Shown here: positions 1 to 8,169 of the stretch, piece by piece
Numbering within the stretch: the first letter of the stretch is position 1
Layout of the letters: each line of letters opens with the position of its first letter
Source: a bacterium
Lineage (GTDB): Bacteria > Zhuqueibacterota > Zhuqueibacteria > Zhuqueibacterales > Zhuqueibacteraceae
Direction of reading: 5' to 3'
DNA: 64,000 nucleotides
Assembly: GCA_044869275.1 (NCBI GenBank)
Contig: JBIOXB010000230.1
Span: 32,001-96,000 of the forward strand
Notes under the pieces: generated by a model
The model's input: only the letters and a program-made list of their open reading frames with translations
Databases searched by the model: none
Told to the model about the DNA's origin: nothing
Position numbers and translations under genes: made by a program

Positions 1-86
1 CAAACCGCGGGAAATTTCTGGCGTGGTTGGGCGTTCATGCGGGCGTACTCGGCTGCAATTTGCGGAAAGACATACCTCGAGGCGGA

Positions 87-1808
87 CTAGTTTTGGGCCG
101 CCATGGAGCGGGCGTGCTCGGTCATAGTTGCAGCGCCGGTTGTTTGATGGTTCCGTTCTTCTTCCACCAGCACGCGGCGCAAAACTTTGCCGATCATGCT
201 CTTGGGCAATTCCCGCCGGAACTCCACCAGCTTGGGCGCTTTGAATTTTGCCAGGTACTGCTGGCAATACGCGATCATTTCCTCCTCGGTGGCCCTCTGG
301 TCGTCTTTCAAAACGATGAACGCCTTGACGGTTTCGCCGCGATACAGGTCGTGCGTGCCGATGACAGCCGCTTCTTTCACTTTGGGATTATTATACAGAA
401 CTTCTTCGATTTCGCGGGGATAAATGTTGAAGCCGCCCGCGATAATCATATCTTTTTTGCGATCGACGATGTAAAAATAACCGTCCTCGTCCATCTTCGC
501 AATGTCGCCGGTCAAAAACCATCCCTCGTGCATCGCTTGCCCGGTTTCTTCCGCCATGTTCCAGTAGCCCAGCATTACTTGCGGCCCGCGTACTGCCAAT
601 TCGCCGGCTCGATTGGGAGGCAACGGTTCATGCGTTTCCAGATCCAAGATCGCCGCTTCCGTGCCGGGCAGGGGCAACCCGATCGAGCCCTCGCGCCGCT
701 CACCGGTAATGGGATTGCAATGCGTCACCGGCGAGGTTTCCGACAAGCCATAACCTTCCACCAACCGCGCGCCGTGCGTGATTTTTTCGAATCTTTTCGC
801 CACTTCCAAGGGCAGCGCCGCACCGCCACTCATGCAGGCGCGAATTTTTTTCAAATCGTACTGCGGTGTTTTGGGATGATTGTTCACGGCCACGTACATG
901 GTGGGCACGCCGGGGAAAAGAGTGACATGGTATTTGGCCAGCGCTTGCAACACGGTTTCGACCTCGAAGCGCGGAATCAAAACATTCGCGGCGCCGATAT
1001 AAACGCTCATATGCAAACACGTCGTCATGCCATAGCTGTGAAAGAAAGGCAAAGCCGCGAGCTTCACCTCCTTTCCTGGGCGAATGCCCGGAAACCAGCT
1101 CCGGACTTGCACGAGATTGGCGACGAGATTGCGATGGGTCAATACTGCGCCTTTGGAAACGCCGGTGGTGCCGCCGGTGTACAAAAAAATGGCAACGTCC
1201 TCCGGTTTGATTTCGACGCGCGGCGGCGGGGGATGACTTCTCTTGAACAATTCAGAAAAAAGATGCGTATGCGCTTGCGGCAGAATTTTGACCCACCGGC
1301 CTTCACGCTTGGCTTTGAACGGATAGAGCTGCCGTTTTACTGCCGGCAAAAATTCGCCGACGCCGGTGTAGAGCACTTCGCGCAGCGCGGTTCTGCCGCG
1401 CACGGCTTCGAGGCGGGGAAACAACAAATCAAGCGCCACCGCCACTTCTGCCCCGCTGTCACGCAGTTGATATTCCAACTCCCGCTCGACGTACAAAGGA
1501 TTCGTTGGCACGGCAATGGCGCCCAGCTGCATGATGGCATAGTGCACGATAGCATACTGCGGAATATTCGGCAAAATGATGGCGACGCGACTGCCCTGCT
1601 GGACGCGCAGGTGCGCCAGCGCCGCAGCAAAGCGCGCAACCCAAGCCCCCAGCTGGCGATAATTCATGCGCCGCCCGAAATAGATGAGCGCCGTGGAATC
1701 AGCATAATCCCGCACTGCCTGCGCGAATACCTCCGCGATGGTCAGATCCGGAATGCTGATCGACCGCGGTACGTGCGCCTCGTAATGGTGCAGCCAGGGT
1801 TTTTCCAT
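87..1808 (-). CDS. fadD: Long-chain fatty acid-CoA ligase (AMP-binding family)
   Basis: Motifs YTGGTTGVSKG, EGYGLSETSP, TGDIA and DRKKDMII. Start placed at MEKPWL (1808) rather than the ORF-track start at 1883. Confidence 0.9.
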   Translation of the reverse strand: MEKPWLHHYEAHVPRSISIPDLTIAEVFAQAVRDYADSTALIYFGRRMNYRQLGAWVARFAAALAHLRVQQGSRVAIILPNIPQYAIVHYAIMQLGAIAVPTNPLYVERELEYQLRDSGAEVAVALDLLFPRLEAVRGRTALREVLYTGVGEFLPAVKRQLYPFKAKREGRWVKILPQAHTHLFSELFKRSHPPPPRVEIKPEDVAIFLYTGGTTGVSKGAVLTHRNLVANLVQVRSWFPGIRPGKEVKLAALPFFHSYGMTTCLHMSVYIGAANVLIPRFEVETVLQALAKYHVTLFPGVPTMYVAVNNHPKTPQYDLKKIRACMSGGAALPLEVAKRFEKITHGARLVEGYGLSETSPVTHCNPITGERREGSIGLPLPGTEAAILDLETHEPLPPNRAGELAVRGPQVMLGYWNMAEETGQAMHEGWFLTGDIAKMDEDGYFYIVDRKKDMIIAGGFNIYPREIEEVLYNNPKVKEAAVIGTHDLYRGETVKAFIVLKDDQRATEEEMIAYCQQYLAKFKAPKLVEFRRELPKSMIGKVLRRVLVEEERNHQTTGAATMTEHARSMAAQN

Positions 1809-2267
1809 CGCCTTCTCTGTGCTTGTGAAACGGGGGCTATGCGAGCGAAGGGCATTCAAGCTTCTTGCATCGACCAGCCGCAAGCCGGGTTTCGCTCATG
1901 GCGGTGATTGATCGAGGCAAAATTATAGAAAGGGCAGGGTAGAATCAAGAAAAATATTAGCCGAGAGCAGACTTGTGGGCTCCGGTATCCGGGCGGCGGA
2001 CAAGCTCAAAAGCGATTCCTCATATCAGAAAGGGCCTTGCCTTGTTGGCACCGCCGGTGGCTACAAAACCCGGTTCAAAATAATTCTTGCCTCTCACCCA
2101 AAATTTGTGAACTTTGTCGCTGGCATGGTTGTTTAAATGTTGTCTTGTTCGTTGGGTAAAGCGAACAAATTGGTTCCGCGGTGCCATAGAGTACAAAAAT
2201 CCACCCACCCTTTTTGAGATCGAATATGCGGTCTCTATATCAAGGTCAAATGCCTTCGGAGGACAGT

Positions 2268-3269
2268 ATGCCATCATCCCCGTGCGCATCTCATTTCACG
2301 CCAGCACGCCGCCACAATTTTGCGCTGTTTGGTATTTTGGTTCTTGCCTTCGGATTTTGGGCCTGTGGCGGCAGCCGCCTGACGACGGAACGAGCGTTCC
2401 AGGAGCTGAAACCCAAGGAGCAGCTTCCCGAACGCGAATTGCGCAACCTGCCGAATAATTTGATTATCAAGATCGACAACGTCGCCGACGATCGTGAAAG
2501 CTACAAGAATTACGTTGTGCTCCGCATCAACGGACGCGAAATTGCACCGATTGAGAAGATCTCCAACTTTTCTCCTGTCTATTCCTATCCGATGCGCCTG
2601 CAGGATGGCGTTTATGAGATCAAGGCGGAATACCATGCTGTGGGTTATTGGCTTGAGCGCACGTTCAAAATCGAGCCGGACGAGGCGGTGAAAATCATGC
2701 CCAATCAGCGCACGGTCTTGGAGGCCCGGCTGGAGAAAAATCATCGCGGTGATCTGGAGGAAGATCCGGCCAGATTTCGCATTGCCTATGAAAATCTTGC
2801 CCCTCCGCCTGAATCGAGAATCGAGCCCTTTTCCTCCTCCCAGCTGATGCCGGCTGCGGCGTCGAGCAATATCGTGGTTCCGCCGCTGCGTGATGCTGAT
2901 GAGGCGTACAAAAAAACGCAGCCGAGCAAATTGCCGGCCTCCTCAACTCCGGTGCCCGTGGTCCCGCCGCTGGTGAGTGAGCCGGTCACCACGGCGCCGG
3001 ACAGCGACACTCCGGTCAACAGCGCGATGACCACGCTGCAGATCAACACCAGCCCCGCGGGCGCCGACGTGATCGTGGACTATCGTTATTACGGCCAATC
3101 GCCGGTTAAAGTCACCATCGACAAAAATCAAAATCACGTCATTCAAATCTCCCTCGACGGCTATAAAGAAGTCGTCAAGATTCTCAATGCCGCGGACCTG
3201 CAAAACGAAAAAGTGATCCCGTATGTGATCAAGATGGAGGCCGTGAACGCCGAGAAGAAGATCGAATAG
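2268..3269 (+). CDS. PEGA-domain lipoprotein with a Pro-rich linker
   Basis: GGAGG 5 nt before ATG 2268; lipobox-like FGFWAC; C-terminal LQINTSPAGADVIVD...GQSP...LDGY is PEGA-like. Confidence 0.7.
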   Translation: MPSSPCASHFTPARRHNFALFGILVLAFGFWACGGSRLTTERAFQELKPKEQLPERELRNLPNNLIIKIDNVADDRESYKNYVVLRINGREIAPIEKISNFSPVYSYPMRLQDGVYEIKAEYHAVGYWLERTFKIEPDEAVKIMPNQRTVLEARLEKNHRGDLEEDPARFRIAYENLAPPPESRIEPFSSSQLMPAAASSNIVVPPLRDADEAYKKTQPSKLPASSTPVPVVPPLVSEPVTTAPDSDTPVNSAMTTLQINTSPAGADVIVDYRYYGQSPVKVTIDKNQNHVIQISLDGYKEVVKILNAADLQNEKVIPYVIKMEAVNAEKKIE

Positions 3270-3369
3270 TTTTTACAGGCGACTCCATCTTGGCTTCTAA
3301 TCGGCGCCCCGGCATCGGTCGAAGGCGTGGCGGGTCCAAGCACTCAGGATGCATCAGGCAAGAATTCAC

Positions 3370-3394
3370 AACCAGCCCTCGGGCTGGTTTTTTT
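3370..3394 (+). terminator. Intrinsic terminator
   Basis: AACCAGCCC-TC-GGGCTGGTT hairpin followed by a T run, downstream of the PEGA gene. Confidence 0.75.
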
Positions 3395-3480
3395 ATTGCC
3401 AAGAATTGCTTGCAAGTTTGATTTTTTCGGATCATTTTACCTTGGTGCATAGCGAAAGAGCGATTACTTTCCCGGGAAGG

Positions 3481-3495
3481 TGGCACAGCATATGC
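3481..3495 (+). promoter_or_regulatory. Candidate sigma54 (-24/-12) promoter
   Basis: TGGCACAGCATATGC matches TGGCAC-N5-TTGC with one mismatch and correct GG...GC spacing; about 165 nt upstream of an operon that encodes a sigma54 activator. Confidence 0.5.
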
Positions 3496-3658
3496 GAACG
3501 ATCCAATAAGTTTGGCAAAGCATATTGTGATGCCAACGGGATGATTCTTTGGGAGAATCTGGTTCGTTTCAACTCAGGAAAAAAATCGGGAGCATAGCCA
3601 TTTTAATCACAGTTTTTTTCCCATCCATATCGTTGCTGTCCTTGCAGGGGCCTCAGGC

Positions 3659-4477
3659 ATGATCCGGCTCGAACAATGGCTGGTCGCAGCCGCCTATGCT
3701 CTCGCCTTCGCGCATTATCTCAGCGCTTTTCGCCATGCCAAAGCGCAAAGCTCTCTGCGCTCCAGCCGTCTTGCCGGTCTTGCTGTCGTGCTGCATCTGG
3801 CTTATCTCTGCCACTTGGCCGTTCGCATGGGGCGTCTGCCCGTAACCGGCGTTTTCGAAGCGCTCACGACCTGCGCGTGGCTGTTTGCGGTGGTCTACTG
3901 GGTGCTGGAGTGGCGCCTGCGCGAGCCTTCCTTGGGGTTGTTCATCTTGCCGTTCATTTTGATTTTGCACCTTCTCTCCAATTTCTTTCTCGATCTCAAC
4001 CGCCAGCTGCCGCCGGTGCTGCTGAAGGAAGTCGTGTTTGAAATTCACGTGATCATTTTGCTGCTGGCTTATTCCGCGTTCGCCATCTCCTTTATCGGCA
4101 GCCTTTTTTACCTCCTACTTTCGCGCGAGATTCAAAAGAAAAGCATGGGCTTGTTTTATCGGCGCCTGCCCTCGCTGGCGTTCTTCGACACGCTCAACAA
4201 TCGCGGCGTGAACATCGGATTGATGTTCCTGACACTGGGTGTTGCGCTCGGCGCTTACGAAGGCCTCAAGCTCGCCGAGCAATTTCTGCAATGGGACGCC
4301 AAATATCTCGCCGTGGCACTGACCTGGGCGATTTATGCTCTGCATTTGCTGGGAAGACGGGCCCTGGGCTGGCAAGGCAAGCGCGCCGCGCTCATCTCTG
4401 TGCTCGGCTTCAGCTGCCTGCTGTTCTCGTTTATCATCGTTTCGACCTCCCTATCACAAGTTCATCATTTCCGTTGA
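3659..4477 (+). CDS. HemX/CcsA-family (cytochrome c assembly family) polytopic membrane protein
   Basis: About 8 TM segments; LPxxxxFE, EIHV, RRLPSL, reduced Trp motif QWDAK, GWQGKR and a C-terminal His; directly upstream of a hemA-derived gene. Confidence 0.8.
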   Translation: MIRLEQWLVAAAYALAFAHYLSAFRHAKAQSSLRSSRLAGLAVVLHLAYLCHLAVRMGRLPVTGVFEALTTCAWLFAVVYWVLEWRLREPSLGLFILPFILILHLLSNFFLDLNRQLPPVLLKEVVFEIHVIILLLAYSAFAISFIGSLFYLLLSREIQKKSMGLFYRRLPSLAFFDTLNNRGVNIGLMFLTLGVALGAYEGLKLAEQFLQWDAKYLAVALTWAIYALHLLGRRALGWQGKRAALISVLGFSCLLFSFIIVSTSLSQVHHFR

Positions 4478-4480
4478 GCC

Positions 4481-6466
4481 ATGCCGTTGCGCGTTCATTA
4501 TACAACTTTCACCCCCGACGGCGCTCATCTCAATCTTGCGGAAAGTGCCTCTGCTGCCGTGGCTGAAAGCATCGCCGCCTTGCGCCGCGATTTCGAAAGC
4601 GAAGAAGTGCTGGCGGTGTTTGCGCCGGAAAGCTTCGAGCTCTATCTCGCCAGCGATCTCTTACCAGACGCCCCGCCCTCTTCCGCCACGGCGCGGGCGC
4701 GCGAACTGGAAATCCTGCAAAGTTTTATTCGGCAAACGCCGCGCTTCGCCCCTCTGCCGGCGGCGTGCACGTGGCAGCACGCGCACGGCCAGGAAGCGGC
4801 GGCGCGCTTTTTTCGCTCCGCGCTCGGCTGGCTCTCCCATGGCGGCTGCAATCACGGCCACGCCGCGGCTCTGCGCCAGGCGCATGTGCATGCGCAAAAC
4901 GCCGGCGCCGCCGGCCCTATTCTGAATCATTTATACGAGCGCGCCCTATGGCTCGCTGAGAAAGTGCGCCTGGAAACGGGCTTTTTCGAGCCCTCGCCCT
5001 CGCTGGCCACTGCCATCATCGAAATCGGCGGCAAGATTTTTGGCGGATTGCAATCCCGCGCGACTTTGCTGGTGGGCGACAATACCGAAGCGGCTGAGAT
5101 GGCAAGTGCGCTCGCGGAGGCAAAAGCCGGGCGTTTGTATTATGTGCCGCAAGCTGCGTTGCACGGCGAAAAATTTGCTCAGGCGGGTGCGGCGCCCGCC
5201 GTGCTGCCTGCGCAGCAGCAGGGCGATTGGCAACCCTCAGCCGATGTGGTGGTGATCTTTGAAAATTCCTCGCTGCCCTGGCACGATCCCCGTTATTTGC
5301 ATAAACTCATGCAGCGCAGAAACAACGCGCCCTTGCTGCTGGTTGATCTCTCCTCCGCGCCGGCGCGCAAAGATGCTTTCGACAAAATTTACAATCTCTA
5401 TTATTTTTCGCGGCAAGATTTGAATCGCGTGATCATGCAACAGGAGCAAGCCCGGCAGGAAGTTTTGCGTGAGGCCGCGCACTGGATCGATCTGGAAGTT
5501 GAAAATTTTTATCGCTGGGTGCATTCGGAAGATCGTTTTCATTTCGGCGCGATGGTGGGAAAAAGCCCGGCGATGCAACACGTGTTCGAATGGATCGCGC
5601 GCCTCGCCCGCACCGACATCACCGTGCTCATTCAGGGTGAAAGCGGCACCGGCAAAGAATTGGTGGCGAAAGCAGTGCACGACGCCAGCGCCCGCGCGCA
5701 GGGGCCCTTCGTCGTGGTCAATTGCGGCGCGATTCCGGAAAACTTGCTCGAGAGCGAGTTGTTCGGACACGTGCGCGGCGCCTTCACGGGCGCGATCCAA
5801 AACAAAAAAGGCCTCTTCGAAGAAGCCCACACCGGCACGATCTTTTTGGACGAGATCGGCGAATTGCCGGCGGCACTGCAGGTAAAGCTGCTGCGCTTCT
5901 TACAGGACAATGAAATCAAGCGCGTCGGCAGCAACCAAACCGTGCAATTGGAGGTGCGCGTCATTGCGGCCAGCAACCGTGATTTGCACAGCCTGGTCGC
6001 CGAGGGCAAGTTTCGCAGCGACTTGTATTATCGCCTGAATGTGGTGCAAATCGATCTGCCGCCGCTGCGGCAGCGGCCGGAGGACATTCCGATTTTGGCG
6101 CGGCATTTTTTGCGAAAATTTTCCGCGAGAATGCGCAAATCACCGCGCGCGCTGTCGGCGGAGGCATTGCAAAAACTGCAGGCGCACCAATGGCCCGGGA
6201 ACGTGCGCGAGTTGGAAAACGCCATGGAGCGCGCCGTGGCATTATCGCTCGAGCCCGAAATCGGGCAGGCGGAATTGCCGGAGAATATCCGCCAGCACAC
6301 CGCCCCCGGCGCCGAATCCGCACGGTTATCTTTGAAAGAAATGGAGCGGCGCCATATTATTGAAACGCTGGAAGCTTGCCATGGAAATTACGACGAAGCC
6401 GCGCGCGTGCTGGGCATCGGCCGCACCACGCTGTGGCGCAAGCTGAAAGAGTATCAGGTGAGTTGA
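4481..6466 (+). CDS. Sigma54-dependent enhancer-binding activator with an N-terminal degenerate glutamyl-tRNA reductase (HemA)-like region
   Basis: C-terminal half: [38 protein letters not shown] and a Fis HTH ([12 protein letters not shown]). N-terminal ~350 aa: HemA-like [46 protein letters not shown]. Confidence 0.85.
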   Translation: MPLRVHYTTFTPDGAHLNLAESASAAVAESIAALRRDFESEEVLAVFAPESFELYLASDLLPDAPPSSATARARELEILQSFIRQTPRFAPLPAACTWQHAHGQEAAARFFRSALGWLSHGGCNHGHAAALRQAHVHAQNAGAAGPILNHLYERALWLAEKVRLETGFFEPSPSLATAIIEIGGKIFGGLQSRATLLVGDNTEAAEMASALAEAKAGRLYYVPQAALHGEKFAQAGAAPAVLPAQQQGDWQPSADVVVIFENSSLPWHDPRYLHKLMQRRNNAPLLLVDLSSAPARKDAFDKIYNLYYFSRQDLNRVIMQQEQARQEVLREAAHWIDLEVENFYRWVHSEDRFHFGAMVGKSPAMQHVFEWIARLARTDITVLIQGESGTGKELVAKAVHDASARAQGPFVVVNCGAIPENLLESELFGHVRGAFTGAIQNKKGLFEEAHTGTIFLDEIGELPAALQVKLLRFLQDNEIKRVGSNQTVQLEVRVIAASNRDLHSLVAEGKFRSDLYYRLNVVQIDLPPLRQRPEDIPILARHFLRKFSARMRKSPRALSAEALQKLQAHQWPGNVRELENAMERAVALSLEPEIGQAELPENIRQHTAPGAESARLSLKEMERRHIIETLEACHGNYDEAARVLGIGRTTLWRKLKEYQVS

Positions 6467-6921
6467 AAACCAAAGCCGGAGGGCAGCCGCAATGGCGCAA
6501 TTATCCTGCAAAAAAACAGGAGACAGAAAGATGCAACACAGAAAAATGTCTGTGGTTTGCCCCGTCCCCGTCAGCAACCAGCCGCCAGGCATGAGATCTA
6601 TTGCCATCTTTCTGCCCTCCATTTTCTGTCTTGGCTTTTACTCAATGCACCGCAACATTGCCAAATTATCTGTTGCTCTAAATCCAGCAGTTGATCATGA
6701 AGACTTTCAGGTTTTTATTCCAAATTTGATGAGTACTACAACGTTAGGTTCACTTTTTGCACTAAAAACCAGTACTGTCATTTGCAAGAATCTTCGCATG
6801 ATACAATGTTACACCCCGATTTGGCATTGTGCCCGGCGCATGGGAAGATGCCTTCTGCATGACAAGCCAAGCGTTGGCGTTGACTTAACGTTGTAATATG
6901 AGCTAATCACACAAACCGGGC

Positions 6922-7782
6922 TCACTCGTTTCCGAGGTGCTCCTTCGCCCGGCGCATTTCATACAACGTCGCGCCGAGCTCTGCGCCGGCCACGAAAGTG
7001 ACGGCGGAGTATTGCACCCACAACACCATCATCACCAGCACTCCAAACGAGCCGTACAACACGTCGAAATCGCCCAAATTCGCCAGATAAAGCTGGAATA
7101 ATCTTTTCGCCAATTCCCACAGCGCACCGACGACGAGGGCCTGCAGCGCGACAATGCGCGTGGGCACGCTGGCGGGCAGGGGCAGGCGATAAAGCAGAAA
7201 CAGCATGGTGCTGGAAACCAAATAGACAAAGCCGAAGCCGATTCGACCGCGGATGAAATCCCATCTATAGCCCAAAATCTCCAGCCACTTCTCACGCCAG
7301 GTATCCAGCCATCCCATCCCCGAGACCGCGACCAATGAGAAAAACAATATCAGGCAGGTGAGCGCCACCATGCCAATATCGAACAACTTGCCGGTCAGAT
7401 AATTGAAATTCTTCTCTACCCCGAAAGTGATTTTAACAATCACGCGGATGCTGGCGAACAAGCGCGAGGCGGTCCACACCATCGAGAGCAAGCCCACGAC
7501 GCCAATCAAGCCGCGGTGCCGCAGCAATTCTTCCAAGCTGCCCTGCACTTCATCCTTCGCGGCGGGCAAGGCTTCCGCCACAAAGGCCAGAACATCCTGC
7601 TGCGCGTTTTGGGAGGACTCCAAAAAATACCCCCACAGCGAAGCCAATATCAAGACAAAAGGCAGCACGCACAGGATGACATTAAAAGAGAGGCCGGAGG
7701 CGAGAAACATCCCGTTATCGCGGTCGAAACGAAGAATGGCTTGGAGGAACAGCTTGCGCAAATGTAAGAGTGGCCGACGCAT
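6922..7782 (-). CDS. YihY/BrkB family inner membrane protein
   Basis: ASGLSF...LPF, LLYRLP and YGSFG...LWVQYS...GAE pattern; about 6 TM segments. Confidence 0.85.
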   Translation of the reverse strand: MRRPLLHLRKLFLQAILRFDRDNGMFLASGLSFNVILCVLPFVLILASLWGYFLESSQNAQQDVLAFVAEALPAAKDEVQGSLEELLRHRGLIGVVGLLSMVWTASRLFASIRVIVKITFGVEKNFNYLTGKLFDIGMVALTCLILFFSLVAVSGMGWLDTWREKWLEILGYRWDFIRGRIGFGFVYLVSSTMLFLLYRLPLPASVPTRIVALQALVVGALWELAKRLFQLYLANLGDFDVLYGSFGVLVMMVLWVQYSAVTFVAGAELGATLYEMRRAKEHLGNE

Positions 7783-8000
7783 GGTCAGGCAATAGAAAGC
7801 CAAAATTCAAAATTCAAAGCTCAAAGAGGCATGGTGTAGAAAGAGTCTTCGTGACAAGATTTCGAAGTCAAACATTGAGCTCGCAATGGCCGGAGCCATG
7901 CGCGAGAAGACTGTCCGCTCATGCGATTGCTCCATGCCGAACTTCAAAAAAGTAAACGCCATGCCCGCAAAAGTCAAGTTAAAATCCCGGCCATAAGCTA

Positions 8001-8034
8001 GAAGCCCCGGGAGGCATTCAATGCCCGGGGCTTC
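8001..8034. terminator. GC-rich hairpin, probable terminator for the large secreted protein gene
   Basis: GAAGCCCCGGG...CCCGGGGCTTC 11-bp stem; weak U tract. Confidence 0.5.
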
Positions 8035-8169
8035 AGCGTTGCAAGTCGATTACCACAGTGTGCTTGCCGCCGGTTCGGTCCAACGCCCTGATCGCAGTCT
8101 TACCTCAAACGCGAATATGAGCAACGGCGACAGCACGAGCGACCAGCCGCCAGCAACCACCATCCAGTA

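Noticed and set aside
27..1907. 626-aa plus-strand ORF, and similar long antisense ORFs at 15199-16653, 35119-36411 and 54886-56241
   Set aside because: Shadow frames opposite clearly recognisable genes in high-GC DNA; no protein motifs.
3270..3369. Possible ncRNA before the terminator
   Set aside because: No recognisable tRNA, SRP, 6S or riboswitch motif; would need an Rfam search.
4481..5530. Functional hemA
   Set aside because: The catalytic Cys motif, substrate motif and NADPH-binding glycines are absent, so no gene symbol was assigned.
6492..6896. 134-aa ORF in the AT-rich spacer
   Set aside because: Atypical composition, no motif and no clear Shine-Dalgarno; probably spurious.
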